Of a stretch of 64,000 nucleotides of DNA, positions 46,678 to 56,707 are shown piece after piece. The DNA comes from Planctomycetota bacterium (lineage in GTDB: Bacteria > Planctomycetota > UBA8108 > SXIK01). The position numbers and the translations under genes were made by a program. The notes under the pieces were generated by a model. The model was given only the letters and a program-made list of their open reading frames with translations, ran no database searches and had not been told where the DNA came from. Position 1 is the stretch's first letter. Every line of letters starts with the position of its first letter. Where the stretch lies: the NCBI GenBank assembly GCA_965223845.1, contig CBDCXR010000004.1:192001-256000 (forward strand). The letters are read 5' to 3'.

Positions 46678-48723
46678 TCAGCGCTCTTCGTCGTCGTCGT
46701 GCTCTTCGTCGTCGTGCTCTTCGTCGTCGTGCTCTTCGTCGTCGTGCTCTTCGTCGTCGTGCTCTTCGTCGTCGTGCTCTTCGTCGTCGTGCTCTTCGTC
46801 GTCGTGCTCTTCGTCGTCGTGCTCTTCGTCGTCGTGCTCTTCGTCGTCGTGCTCTTCGTCGTCGTGCTCTTCGTCGTCGTGCTCTTCGTCGTCGTGCTCT
46901 TCGTCGTCGTGCTCTTCGTCGTCGTGCTCTTCGTCGTCGTGCTCTTCGTCGTCGTCGTGCTCTTCGTCGTCGTCCGCGTGACGGCGGAGATGGTGGACGA
47001 TTCGGATCAGATGACCGACCTTCTCTTCGAGTTCTTCGACGGCCTCGCTGAGATGTCCGTGGTGGCGACGGTGCTCGCGATCGTCATCGCCGCCTTTTCG
47101 CTCTGCGAGCTGATGTTCGATTCTCTCGATGCGATTGTTCACGCGGTGGAGCGCCTCCTCGATTTGACGGGCGGCGCGTCGTTCACGATCCGTTCCCTTT
47201 CGCTCCGTCCGGTGAGCGAGTCGATCTTCGAGCTCTTGCGCTCGGGCTCGGAGGTGTTCTCGAAACTCGTCCTCCTCCCGCTGGAGCCGCGCGTGCGTCT
47301 CGCGGGTGAGCTCTTCGAGATGTCGTCGAACCTCCTCCTCTTGACGCTCGAGCTGAGCGCGCTGCGCCCGCTCGCGCTCAGCGAGCCGCCCCTCGGATTC
47401 GCGCTCGAACGAGAGTCGGCGTTCGAGGACTGAGCGGAGGCGCTCGGAGAAGTCGCGCCGTACCTGTTCGTCGATCCGTCCCCGGCGCTCTCGCCTCGGG
47501 GACTCTCGGCGTTCTCTCTCCGCATGCTCCTGGTGTTCGTGGCGTTCCCTTTCTGCGTGCTCTCTCTCGCGGCCGTGGCGTTCGTGCTCTCGTTCGTGCT
47601 CGCGGTGCTCTCGTTCGCGCTCTCGATGCTGGTGGTGCTCTCTTTCGTGGTGCTCTCTTTCGTGGTGCTCGCGCTCTCGATGCTGGTGGTGCTCTCTTTC
47701 GTGGTGCTCTCTTTCGTGGTGCTCTCTTTCGTGGTGCTCTCTTTCGTGGTGCTCGCGCTCTCGATGCTGGTGGTGCTCTCTTTCGTGGTGCTCTCTTTCG
47801 TGGTGCTCGCGCTCTCGATGCTGGTGGTGCTCTCTTTCGTGGTGCTCGCGCTCTCGATGCTGGTGGTGCTCTCTTTCGTGGTGCTCTCTTTCGTGGTGCT
47901 CTCTTTCGTGGTGCTCGCGCTCTCGATGCTGGTGGTGCTCTCTTTCGTGGTGCTCTCTTTCGTGGTGCTCGCGCTCTCGATGCTGGTGGTGCTCTCTTTC
48001 GTGGTGCTCTCTTTCGTGGTGCTCTCTTTCGTGGTGCTCTCTTTCGTGGTGCTCTCTTTCGTGGTGCTCTCTTTCGTGGTGCTCTCTTTCGTGGTGCTCT
48101 CTTTCGTGGTGCTCGCGCTCTCGATGCTGGTGGTGCTCTCTTTCGTGGTGCTCTCTTTCGTGGTGCTCTCTTTCGCGTTCGCGCTCGCGATGTTCGTGTC
48201 GCTCTCTTTCGGCGTGCTCGCGATCTCGCTCGCGCTCGCGGTGATTCTTCTCTTCGCGCTCGCGATGTTCGTGTCGCTCTCTTTCGGCGTGCTCGCGCTC
48301 GTCGTTCTCCGAGTGGCGATCAAACTCGCGAAGTGCGTTCGAGAGCGCGCGGTGGAGAAGCGCGGCTCGTTTCCGATCTCGCGCGCGAAGGATGTCCCGG
48401 AATCGCTCAGAAATTCCGCCGAGGAGTTGCCGAATCTCGACCGCGAGCTCGTCGCCTTCCCCTCGTGCGCGCTCGGCTCGTTCCTTCCCCGCCTCCCTAC
48501 TCGCCAGGATTCCCCGGAGGTGGTGGATGCGACGCTCGAGAAGGCGCCTCTGCTCGGCCGGGGTCTCGTCCTTGGAGGCGAGGTGCTGTAGCGCTTCGAT
48601 CTGGCGCGCGACGCTCTCGCGGGGATCTCGGTCCCGGCGTTCGTCGTCGGCAGGGAGCGGCGTGCCGACAGTGATCCAAACCGCGGCGAACGCGGCAGTG
48701 GTCCAGCGAAGTCGAATCGTCAT
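46678..48723 (-). CDS. Secreted His/Glu/Arg/Asp-rich tandem-repeat protein
   Basis: SD GGAGG; signal peptide MTIRLRWTTAAFAAVWITVGTPLPA; coiled-coil segments flank (EHHER)/(EHHQHRER) and (HDDEE) arrays. Confidence 0.75.
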   Translation of the reverse strand: MTIRLRWTTAAFAAVWITVGTPLPADDERRDRDPRESVARQIEALQHLASKDETPAEQRRLLERRIHHLRGILASREAGKERAERARGEGDELAVEIRQLLGGISERFRDILRARDRKRAALLHRALSNALREFDRHSENDEREHAERERHEHREREEKNHRERERDREHAERERHEHREREREREHHEREHHEREHHQHREREHHEREHHEREHHEREHHEREHHEREHHEREHHEREHHEREHHQHREREHHEREHHEREHHQHREREHHEREHHEREHHEREHHQHREREHHEREHHQHREREHHEREHHEREHHQHREREHHEREHHEREHHEREHHEREHHQHREREHHEREHHEREHHQHREREREHREHEREHERHGREREHAERERHEHQEHAERERRESPRRERRGRIDEQVRRDFSERLRSVLERRLSFERESEGRLAERERAQRAQLERQEEEVRRHLEELTRETHARLQREEDEFREHLRARAQELEDRLAHRTERKGTDRERRAARQIEEALHRVNNRIERIEHQLAERKGGDDDREHRRHHGHLSEAVEELEEKVGHLIRIVHHLRRHADDDEEHDDDEEHDDEEHDDEEHDDEEHDDEEHDDEEHDDEEHDDEEHDDEEHDDEEHDDEEHDDEEHDDEEHDDEEHDDEEHDDEEHDDEEHDDDEER
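46684..46974 (-). repeat. 15-bp coding tandem repeat (HDDEE x16 plus two HDDDEE and one DDDEE)
   Basis: Plus-strand unit CTCTTCGTCGTCGTG; identical copies. Confidence 0.95.
47617..48168 (-). repeat. Composite coding tandem repeat: 24 x 15-bp (EHHER) interspersed with 8 x 24-bp (EHHQHRER)
   Basis: Plus-strand units TCTTTCGTGGTGCTC and GCGCTCTCGATGCTGGTGGTGCTC; 24x15+8x24=552 nt matches the span. Confidence 0.95.
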
Positions 48724-49090
48724 TGGGACCTCCGGGAGAGAGCGGCGGCCGGTCGGCCGCGGCGTGGTGGGGAACGGGATGGCCTCGATTTCCGTGCATT
48801 TTCATCGCCCGCGCCGTCGATGTCAGGAAAAGAAATCTCGAGGAACCGAGCCGCGGTGGACCGGTTCGGAGATGATCGTAGAGCGACGGGCATTCAGCCG
48901 AGTCCAGTCCCGCCCCGGGCTCCGAGCACGCGCGCGTCGGGCGGATCCGGGGGCTCGCCACAGGGAGACCCCCTCGGTCCGTGCGGTTCGTCGTCCGAAT
49001 GCGAACGAACACTCCCCTCACTCCCTCTCAGGCTTCGCCTGCGATTCGCGGCGGGAGCTCAGGCTGAACGTGCAAGTTTCCCGCAATATA

Positions 49091-52000
49091 ATGCTTCCTA
49101 TGGTTGCTCGCGCCGTCCTCCTCACCGTAATTCTCCTCGCCGCCGTCTCCGGGAATGACGTGTCGGCGCGAGATCCGTGGGGGCCCTCGGACGCCGACAT
49201 CGTCATCAGCGAGGTGCACTATCACCCCCCGGGGGATCGTGGCACGCTCGAATTCGTCGAGATCCACAACTCGGGTGTCCACTGGGTCGATCTCTCCGGA
49301 TGGGAATTCACCTCGGGCATCCGGTTTCGCTTTCCCGATGACACCTTTCTCGCTCCGGGGGCGTTTCTCGCCGTCGCGCGCAACGCCGAAAAGCTGCGGG
49401 AGGCCTACGGCGAGATCGCTGTCGTCGGCGACTTCAAGGGGCGCCTCGGAAACTCGGACGAAGTGCTCGAGCTCCGCTCCCGTTCGGGAGCGACGTCCGC
49501 GTGGCTTCACTACTACGACGGGCGCGACGCGTGGTTCGACGTCTGGCCGCGCGAGCCCGACGGCGACGGACCGAGCCTCGAGCTCATCCAGCCTCACCCC
49601 GACTGGCAGGCCGCGTGGTTCTGGGCACCGAGCCGCGTTCCCGGAGGAACTCCGGGCGAGGAGAACTCGGTGTGGTACCGAGTAGGGCACTCGGACTCCG
49701 ATACGCCGCCGATCGCGCCGGGGATCGAGATCGCGGAAGCGAGACTCACGGGGACCTCGCCCTTCGTCGAGATCTACAACGCGGGATCGAAAACGGCGGA
49801 CCTCGGGCGACTTCGATTGACGCGCGACGTCCGAGGCCGCGAGGGGATTCCGCTGCGTGGCACGCTAGCGCGCCGCCAGCGTACGGTCATCGAAGGAGAC
49901 GCTGTTGCAACGCTTGTCGATGCACCGGGGCGCGTCCTCCTGCTCGTGGCGGACGCGTCGCGGGAACTCGTCGACAGCCTTCCGCTCAAACGTCCGCCGG
50001 AGGGAGGAAGCGCCGGCCGCGATCCTCTCGGCGAGCTGACGGTGTTCGAGGACGCTACACCGGGGAAGGCGAATCCGGCTGCGAACGTACCGGCGGTCGT
50101 CATCACCGAAGTCCATTACCACCCGCGCGACGACGTAGCGGGAGAAGAGTTCGTCGAGATTCACAACGCGGGGAAGTCGGCGGTCGACCTCACCGGATGG
50201 ACGCTCGCTCGAGCCGTCGACTTCGAGTTTCCGGAAAAACTCGTTCTCCGCGCGGGAGCGTACGCGGTTGTTGCGAAAGACGTCGACAAGCTCGGCGCGA
50301 AGGTGGGCGCCGCCGGACGCTCACGCGTCGTCGGTCCGTTCAAGGGGCGGCTGAGCAATTCGGCGGATCGATTGATCCTGCGCGATGCTTTCGGACGCCT
50401 TGTCGACGAGGTGCCGTACTCCGACCGGACTCCGTGGCCCGGAGGAGCTGACGGGACCGGTTTCTCGATCGAGCTCCTCCACCCCGGGATCGATAACCGA
50501 TGGGGCCGAGCGTGGACGCTCGGACCGATCGGCGGGACTCCCGCGGCGAAAAACGCTCGCGCGAAGAGCTCCGTTCCGCCGACGATCGCGCACGTCGAGC
50601 ACCGTCCGGCGATCCCGCGACCCGGCGAGCCGCTTCGCATCCATGCATGGGTCATCGGGACGTCGCGCGCTCGCGTCTCCGTGCTCTATCACTCCGCATC
50701 GGGAACACGGAAGGTCACGCGAAAGTCGATGGCCGATCGCGGGCGGACGGGCGACGGCGCGTCGGGCGACGGGCATTTCGCCGTCACCCTGCCGCGGTTT
50801 CAGGCCGGCGCGCGCCTCGGTTACTCGGTCGTGACTTCGGGCCGCTCCCCGTCCCGTTTTCCGTCCAACGCGAAGGAGGAGCTCTACGTCGGAGTCGCGC
50901 CACCGGCCGATCCCGCGGCTCCGGGGGCGGTCACCTACGCACTTTGGATGGCGCCGGCGTCGTGGGACACGCTGGTCGCGGCGCGAAAGCGTTCGAAACC
51001 GGAGGTCTCGTGCACCCTCGCCGCCGAGGTCTCGGGTCGCGGTGTGCGCGCGTACCGCGGAAAAGTCGCGCACCGGGCTCGCGTTCGCTTCCGCGGAAAC
51101 AACTCCTTCGTCGGCGGCGACGTGACGCTCTTCTCGTATCGAGTTCGTCTGCCCGATGCGATTCGGTTCGATGGACGGAAACGCATCAATCTCCACGGCT
51201 ACAAGACGCATCGCCAGAAGGCCGGGAGCGAGGTTCTCCGTCGCGCCGGTCTGCCGGCGCCGAAGGCGACGTGGTGCCGACTGTGGGACCCCGAGCAGTT
51301 TCACGGGGCGGGTTACCTCGATGTCGAGGTCGTCGACAGTTGTTTCCTCGAAGCACGGTACGGCTCGTCCGCGGGGGAAATCTTCCGCGGGAAGCGCGGC
51401 CGTGAGATGGGAAACTCGTTCGGCGCGGACTTCAGCTACCACGGCACCGATCCCGCACCCTATCTCAAGGTCTACGTGCGCGCCAACAAGAGCGAGCGAC
51501 TCGAAGCCGACGAGCTGATCGCCCTCATCGCAGCTCTCAACATCAAGGACGACGACGAGTACGCGGAGAAAATCCCCGAGCTTCTCGATGCGGGCGAGTG
51601 GGCGCGCTATTTCGCGGCCAACAGCGCGATCGGAAACAACGAGGGCGGCCTCACGACGGACGACGCGGATGACTACTACCTCGCGCAGCGCCCGACCGAC
51701 GGTAAGTTCATCCTGATTCCCTGGGATCACGACACGACCTTCGTTGCTCCGAAGCAAAAGCTCTTTCGTCCGCGAGTCGCGGCGATTCGGCGGTTCCTCC
51801 GTCACCCCGCGATTGCTCCGCTCTACCGGAGCGCGCTCCGAGAGACCCTCGACGGCCCTCTTTCGGCGGCGTCGTTTGCGCGGCGGCAGCTCGCGTCGCG
51901 GGAATTCGCGACGCTCGAGGAATCGAACGAGCTCGACGCCTTCGTCGTCGGCCGTCGCGAGTTTCTCGATCCGCGAACTCGCTTCCGAGTCGGGGTGGGA

Positions 52001-53284
52001 GTGATCGACGCGACGGGCTCTCTCGGCGGGGGCTTCGGCTGGAGAACGTTTGCGACTCGTTCTTTCGACGAGGTGCAGCTCGGCGGCATCGTCGATCCGG
52101 GGCTCGTTCGGGAGGTGCGGGTCGGCGACCTGTCGGCCGCGGTCGATCCGCTCTCCGGGTCATGGCGTCTCACCATGCTCTCGAGCGGACTCGCGATGGG
52201 GTCGAACGCGTACTGGGTCTCGTTAATCGACGCTGCGGGTGGGCTGCGGGAGCTCCGCTCACTCAATCTCGAGGTGGTGCCGCGTATCCATCGCGTCGGC
52301 GGACGTCTCGCCGGGACGGTGAGCTGGTCTCCTGATGCCGGCGTGGTTCGCCTCGAGGACACGGTCGTCGTGTCGGGCGGGGCGACACTCACGGTGGCCG
52401 CGGGCACTCAAATCATCGGCGCCCCGGGAGCTCTGCTCGACGTGCGCGGGCGGCTCCGAGTCGAGGGAACGGAGGAGAATCCGGTCGGATTCTACGCGGC
52501 GTCGAGCGAGCCTTGGAACGGGATCGATCTCGGCGACGGCGTCGCGGTCGAAGCCGGCGCGCGTCACACCCTCGAGCACTGCTGGATCAGCGGCGCCGAG
52601 CGATCGAGCGAGGGACGGGAACTCGGCGCGGCGGTGTTCGTCGCCGGGGCGAACGTCCGCCTTCGCGGGGTGCGCATCGCCGAGACGCGCGGGACGGCGC
52701 TCGCGGTGCGCGGCGGGCACATCGCGCTCGAGGACGTCGTGATCGCGGACGGTGAAAGCGGCGTCCGCGTCGTCGACGGAACGATCGCCGCGCGCGGCCT
52801 CGCGCTCCGCCGACTCTGGGGCGATGGCCTGGTGCTCGTTGACAGCGGGAGCGGTGAAGCGCCCCTCCGCGACCTCCGGGTCAGCTCGATCGGCCGTCGC
52901 GGCATCGCCGTGGCAGCGGGATCGGTTGCGATCGAGAGCGGCCACGTTCGCGACGCGATGGTAGGAATCGAGCTCAGTCGCGGAACGCGGGTGAAGGCGA
53001 GCGAGCTCGTTCTGACGGGTGCGGCGCGAGCGATCGTTTTCCTCGGCGAGCCGACGACGCGCCCGCCGCGGCTCGCGCTTCGCCGCTCTGTCATCTGGCC
53101 GCATACCGAAGCCGTTGTCGGACGCGGGACGCTCGAGTTCATCGACTGCGTCGCCCCGCCCTACGGCGACCCCTCTGCGGCCATCGACGCCGACGGGATC
53201 ACCTCGGAGTTGCCGGCCTTCGCAGCGCCGCAATGGGGTGATTTCCGTCGCCGACCGCCCAGCTCCGTCGAGACGCGTTCTTAA
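49091..53284 (+). CDS. Exported lamin-tail-domain + CotH kinase-like + right-handed beta-helix protein
   Basis: Signal peptide; LTD motifs IVISEVHYHP..EFVEIHNSG..VDLSGW..GTPG (2 clear, 1 degenerate); CotH-like RFRGNNS, YYLAQRP..IPWDHDTTF; beta-helix start VVSGGATLTVAAGT..LRVEGTEENPV. Confidence 0.85.
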   Translation: MLPMVARAVLLTVILLAAVSGNDVSARDPWGPSDADIVISEVHYHPPGDRGTLEFVEIHNSGVHWVDLSGWEFTSGIRFRFPDDTFLAPGAFLAVARNAEKLREAYGEIAVVGDFKGRLGNSDEVLELRSRSGATSAWLHYYDGRDAWFDVWPREPDGDGPSLELIQPHPDWQAAWFWAPSRVPGGTPGEENSVWYRVGHSDSDTPPIAPGIEIAEARLTGTSPFVEIYNAGSKTADLGRLRLTRDVRGREGIPLRGTLARRQRTVIEGDAVATLVDAPGRVLLLVADASRELVDSLPLKRPPEGGSAGRDPLGELTVFEDATPGKANPAANVPAVVITEVHYHPRDDVAGEEFVEIHNAGKSAVDLTGWTLARAVDFEFPEKLVLRAGAYAVVAKDVDKLGAKVGAAGRSRVVGPFKGRLSNSADRLILRDAFGRLVDEVPYSDRTPWPGGADGTGFSIELLHPGIDNRWGRAWTLGPIGGTPAAKNARAKSSVPPTIAHVEHRPAIPRPGEPLRIHAWVIGTSRARVSVLYHSASGTRKVTRKSMADRGRTGDGASGDGHFAVTLPRFQAGARLGYSVVTSGRSPSRFPSNAKEELYVGVAPPADPAAPGAVTYALWMAPASWDTLVAARKRSKPEVSCTLAAEVSGRGVRAYRGKVAHRARVRFRGNNSFVGGDVTLFSYRVRLPDAIRFDGRKRINLHGYKTHRQKAGSEVLRRAGLPAPKATWCRLWDPEQFHGAGYLDVEVVDSCFLEARYGSSAGEIFRGKRGREMGNSFGADFSYHGTDPAPYLKVYVRANKSERLEADELIALIAALNIKDDDEYAEKIPELLDAGEWARYFAANSAIGNNEGGLTTDDADDYYLAQRPTDGKFILIPWDHDTTFVAPKQKLFRPRVAAIRRFLRHPAIAPLYRSALRETLDGPLSAASFARRQLASREFATLEESNELDAFVVGRREFLDPRTRFRVGVGVIDATGSLGGGFGWRTFATRSFDEVQLGGIVDPGLVREVRVGDLSAAVDPLSGSWRLTMLSSGLAMGSNAYWVSLIDAAGGLRELRSLNLEVVPRIHRVGGRLAGTVSWSPDAGVVRLEDTVVVSGGATLTVAAGTQIIGAPGALLDVRGRLRVEGTEENPVGFYAASSEPWNGIDLGDGVAVEAGARHTLEHCWISGAERSSEGRELGAAVFVAGANVRLRGVRIAETRGTALAVRGGHIALEDVVIADGESGVRVVDGTIAARGLALRRLWGDGLVLVDSGSGEAPLRDLRVSSIGRRGIAVAAGSVAIESGHVRDAMVGIELSRGTRVKASELVLTGAARAIVFLGEPTTRPPRLALRRSVIWPHTEAVVGRGTLEFIDCVAPPYGDPSAAIDADGITSELPAFAAPQWGDFRRRPPSSVETRS

Positions 53285-53297
53285 CTCGAATCCGTCG

Positions 53298-54479
53298 TCA
53301 CCTCGGCCCCGTTCGCACGCGCACCTCGACGGGCTGCAGCTTCACTTTCGCCGTTTGTCGCCCTCTGTCGCGGATGTAGTGGATCTCGACTTCGTCGCCG
53401 ATGTCGTATTGGTCGAGCGCGTCTTGCAGATCGACGAGGTTGCCGATCCGCCGATCGCCGATCGCCACGACGAGATCGCCGACGTCGATGTCCCCGTTCG
53501 TGTAGAACACGGTGGGGCGCAGCCCCGCCGCTTCGGCCGCGGACGATTCGGGAACTTCGGCGAGGAGTAGGCCCGCGACGCCGAAGTGCCGCGCGATGAA
53601 CCGATTCACGTTCCGCTCGGGCCAGATCTTGACGCCGAGACCGGCCCGGCGAAGCTTGCCTTCGATGATTCCTCGGACGACGCCCCGGGCGGTATCGATC
53701 GGTACCGCGAATCCGATCCCGGAGTTCGAGCCGCTCGGGCTGAGGATGGCGGTGTTGATGCCGACGACCTCGCCGCGGGAGTTGAGCAGCGGACCGCCGG
53801 AGTTTCCCGGGTTGATCGCCGCGTCCGTCTGGATCACGTCGGTGATCAGGCGGTTGTTCCGCGCGCGCATCTCGCGGCCGAGCGCACTCACCGTTCCCAC
53901 GGTGAGTGTCTGGTCGAGGCCGAACGGATTGCCGATCGCGACGGCGAGCATCCCTTCGAGAAGCTCACGCGACGATCCCGCCTTGACGGGACGAAGCTTC
54001 TCGGCGGGCGCGTCGATGCGCAACACGGCGATGTCTTTGTCCGCGTAGGAGCCGACGACCTCCGCGGAGTAGGAGCTCTGATCGTTGAGAGTCACCTTGA
54101 TCGCCGACGCGTTTTCGATGACGTGCGCGTTCGTGACGATGTGCCCCTTCTGATCCCACATGAAGCCGGAGCCCGTACCGGCGGGCACGGTCTCGATGCG
54201 CGATCGGAAGAACCCGACCGGTGTGCGAACGCGCGCGCTTCCCGTGATGAACACGACGGACGGCGCGTTGTCGCGGAAGATCTCGACGAGCCGTCGCTCG
54301 CGCGGGAGGAGGTCGTCCGGGATCGGCGGCTCGGTATCGCCGAGGAGAGTCGGGAGGGAAGCCGGACTCCGGACGAAGCAGGCGGCGAGGACTGCCGCGG
54401 CGAGGACGAGTACGGCGAACGGGCGGAAGTTAGGGGCGGAGGCTGGCATGGCTGGGGGAATCTCCGAGTTTGATCTCAT
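53298..54479 (-). CDS. HtrA/DegP-like S1C serine protease with one PDZ domain
   Basis: GTGSGF, IVTNAHV, DIAVL, AIGNPFGLDQTLT, IQTDAAINPGNSGGPL; N-terminal TM/signal; start 54479 or 54449. Confidence 0.93.
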   Translation of the reverse strand: MRSNSEIPPAMPASAPNFRPFAVLVLAAAVLAACFVRSPASLPTLLGDTEPPIPDDLLPRERRLVEIFRDNAPSVVFITGSARVRTPVGFFRSRIETVPAGTGSGFMWDQKGHIVTNAHVIENASAIKVTLNDQSSYSAEVVGSYADKDIAVLRIDAPAEKLRPVKAGSSRELLEGMLAVAIGNPFGLDQTLTVGTVSALGREMRARNNRLITDVIQTDAAINPGNSGGPLLNSRGEVVGINTAILSPSGSNSGIGFAVPIDTARGVVRGIIEGKLRRAGLGVKIWPERNVNRFIARHFGVAGLLLAEVPESSAAEAAGLRPTVFYTNGDIDVGDLVVAIGDRRIGNLVDLQDALDQYDIGDEVEIHYIRDRGRQTAKVKLQPVEVRVRTGPR

Positions 54480-54679
54480 CGGCGGAGACGCCGCGGGCCC
54501 TCTCGGCGGTCTCCTCCGTTTCTTTTGTTCTGTTCGGTCGCGAGCCGTTCGTCGACCGGTTTTTTTCGGATTCGATCCGGTTGGTCTTTGGGCTCGTGAC
54601 GCAAGGTGCCCAGCTTGTAGGTCGCGCGGCTCGGTGGGGACATTCACGCGGTCCGATCGGGGTCACCGGGGCTTTTCCC

Positions 54680-54709
54680 TTGACAAATCCCTTCACGAAC
54701 ACCTAGAAT
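54680..54709 (+). promoter_or_regulatory. sigma70 promoter of accBC
   Basis: TTGACA-18 nt-TAGAAT in an AT-rich patch. Confidence 0.75.
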
Positions 54710-54816
54710 TCTCCCCTCGTTTTTTATGTAACCCATTACACTTTCAGGGGTTAGGAAGATTCGCGCTGCCCGCCGTTTCGCCGCGGGCCGGCGGGGAGCT
54801 CCGCCCCGCGCTTCGA

Positions 54817-55308
54817 ATGGATCTCTCGAAGTTCAAAGACCTGAAGGACTTGCAGTCGCTCCTCGAGTTGATGGGGACGTACGACCTTTCAGAGCTCGAG
54901 CTCGAGGGAGAGGGGCGCAAGATACGGTTCCGCAAGACCGAGCCGCAGGCTCCGCGCGAAGTGATCAGCTACGCGCCCCCGCCCGTCGGAGTGCCGCAGG
55001 TCCTGCCGGCGGGCGAGCCGGCTCCCGCGGCCGAGACGGGAGCGGCCGCCCCGGCCGGCGACTCCGGGTGGCACGAAGTGGAGTCGCCGCTCGTCGGTTC
55101 GTTCTACCGCTCGCCGAGCCCCGAGGCCGAGCCGTTCGTGACCGAGGGCGATCGCGTCGAAGCGGACTCCGTGCTCTGCATCATCGAGGCGATGAAGGTG
55201 ATGAACGAGGTCCGCGCCGGCGTTGCGGGGGTCGTCAAGGAGATCCTCGTCAAGAATGCCGAAGCGGTGGAGTTCGGTCAGGCTCTCTTCCGGATCGAGA
55301 CCGAGTGA
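54817..55308 (+). CDS. accB: Acetyl-CoA carboxylase biotin carboxyl carrier protein
   Basis: [23 protein letters not shown] biotinylation motif, VEFGQALF. Confidence 0.97.
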   Translation: MDLSKFKDLKDLQSLLELMGTYDLSELELEGEGRKIRFRKTEPQAPREVISYAPPPVGVPQVLPAGEPAPAAETGAAAPAGDSGWHEVESPLVGSFYRSPSPEAEPFVTEGDRVEADSVLCIIEAMKVMNEVRAGVAGVVKEILVKNAEAVEFGQALFRIETE

Positions 55309-56654
55309 AACGCTTCTCGCGCATTCTCATCGCGAACCGCGGCGAGATCGCTTTTCGGATCTTGCGCGCGTGTAAGGAGATGGACATCGAGACGGTCGCC
55401 GTCTACTCCGAGGCGGACCGGAACTCGGTGCATCTCGAGCACGCCGATGAGACGATCTGCATCGGTCCCGGGCCGAGCCTCAAGAGCTATCTCGACATCT
55501 CGAAGATCATCAGCGCGGCAGAGATCACCGACGTCGACGCGATCCATCCCGGGTACGGGTTCCTCGCCGAGAATCCGCACTTCGCCGAGGTCTGCCGGTC
55601 GTGTCACATCGAGTTCATCGGCCCGAGCGTCGAATCGATCCGTCTGCTCGGCGACAAGGGACGGGCTCGCTCGCTGGCGGCGGAGGCCGGAGTGCCCTGC
55701 GTGCCGGGAAGCGAGGGCCTCGTCGGCACGGAGCAGGAAGCGCTTCGCGTCGCGGAGGAGATCGGCTATCCGGTCATGATCAAGGCCGTCGCCGGTGGTG
55801 GGGGGCGCGGAATGCGCGTCGCGCACAACGAGATCAGCCTCGTGAGCGGCTGGATGGCCGCTCGCGTCGAGGCGGAAGGCGCGTTCAACAATCCCGACGT
55901 CTACATCGAGAAGCTGGTCGAGAAGCCGCGGCACGTCGAGATCCAGGTGCTCGCCGATCGTCACGGCGAGGTGGTCCATTACGGTGAGCGAGACTGCAGT
56001 CTTCAGCGGCGGCATCAGAAGCTCGTCGAGGAGGCACCATCGCCTTCGATCGGTCCCGAGACCCGCGAGGCGATGGGCGAGGCGGCGAAGCGTCTGATCC
56101 GCGCGGCTGGATACTACAACGCCGCGACGGTCGAGTTCCTCGTCGACCGCGATCAGAACTTCTACTTCATCGAGGTCAACACACGCATCCAGGTCGAGCA
56201 TCCGGTTTCGGAGTTGATCACGGGGCGCGATCTCATCCGCGAGCAGATCCGCGTCGCGAGCGGCGAAGCGCTCGGCTACGGTCAGGAAGACATCGAGTTT
56301 CGCGGCTGGGCGATCGAGTGCCGCATCAACGCGGAAGATCCCGCTAACGACTTCAAGCCGAACGCCGGAACGATCACGCGCTTCGACCTCCCGGGGGGAC
56401 GCGGGGTGCGGGTCGATACCCACGCGCGAGCCGGCTACAAGGTCCCGCCCTTCTACGACTCGATGATCGCGAAGCTGATCGTCCACGGCGACACGCGCGA
56501 CGCGGCGGTCGCCACCATGCGGCGGGCGCTCGACGAGTTCCAGATCGAAGGCGTGAAGACGACGATCCCGCTCCACAAGGAGATTCTCCGGCATTTCCAC
56601 TTCGTGAAGGGGAAGGTCGACACGGGGTTCATCGAAGAGCACTTCATGAATTAG
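55305..56654 (+). CDS. accC: Acetyl-CoA carboxylase biotin carboxylase
   Basis: [50 protein letters not shown]; GTGA overlap with accB. Confidence 0.98.
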   Translation: MKRFSRILIANRGEIAFRILRACKEMDIETVAVYSEADRNSVHLEHADETICIGPGPSLKSYLDISKIISAAEITDVDAIHPGYGFLAENPHFAEVCRSCHIEFIGPSVESIRLLGDKGRARSLAAEAGVPCVPGSEGLVGTEQEALRVAEEIGYPVMIKAVAGGGGRGMRVAHNEISLVSGWMAARVEAEGAFNNPDVYIEKLVEKPRHVEIQVLADRHGEVVHYGERDCSLQRRHQKLVEEAPSPSIGPETREAMGEAAKRLIRAAGYYNAATVEFLVDRDQNFYFIEVNTRIQVEHPVSELITGRDLIREQIRVASGEALGYGQEDIEFRGWAIECRINAEDPANDFKPNAGTITRFDLPGGRGVRVDTHARAGYKVPPFYDSMIAKLIVHGDTRDAAVATMRRALDEFQIEGVKTTIPLHKEILRHFHFVKGKVDTGFIEEHFMN

Positions 56655-56707
56655 CCAGCAAACAAGCGCGGACGCGCTTGTTTGCTGGCTAATTCATGTT
56701 CCTTTTG
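56645..56707 (+). terminator. Perfect 26-bp inverted repeat across the accC stop codon, probable terminator
   Basis: CATGAATTAGCCAGCAAACAAGCGCG-GA-CGCGCTTGTTTGCTGGCTAATTCATG, then TTCCTTTTG. Confidence 0.75.

Noticed and set aside
46684-48168. Possible CRISPR array
   Set aside because: Units are contiguous with no unique spacers, are multiples of 3 inside an ORF, and no cas genes are present.
46613-48591. Plus-strand repeat ORFs (poly-SSSSC, ALRRR, LFVVV/LSFVV) and the minus-strand KESTT frame
   Set aside because: These are alternative-frame shadows of the same 15/24-bp repeats. Only the 46678-48723 frame has an SD, a signal peptide and protein-like flanks.
48392-49090. N-terminal 233 aa of the 1630-aa ORF
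   Set aside because: This part overlaps the opposite-strand repeat gene and is Arg/Ser-rich noise. The signal peptide begins at 49091/49100.
20843-54709. Lineage-wide 18-nt promoter spacer (three examples)
   Set aside because: Other promoter candidates have 16- or 17-nt spacers, and the sample is small and hand-picked.
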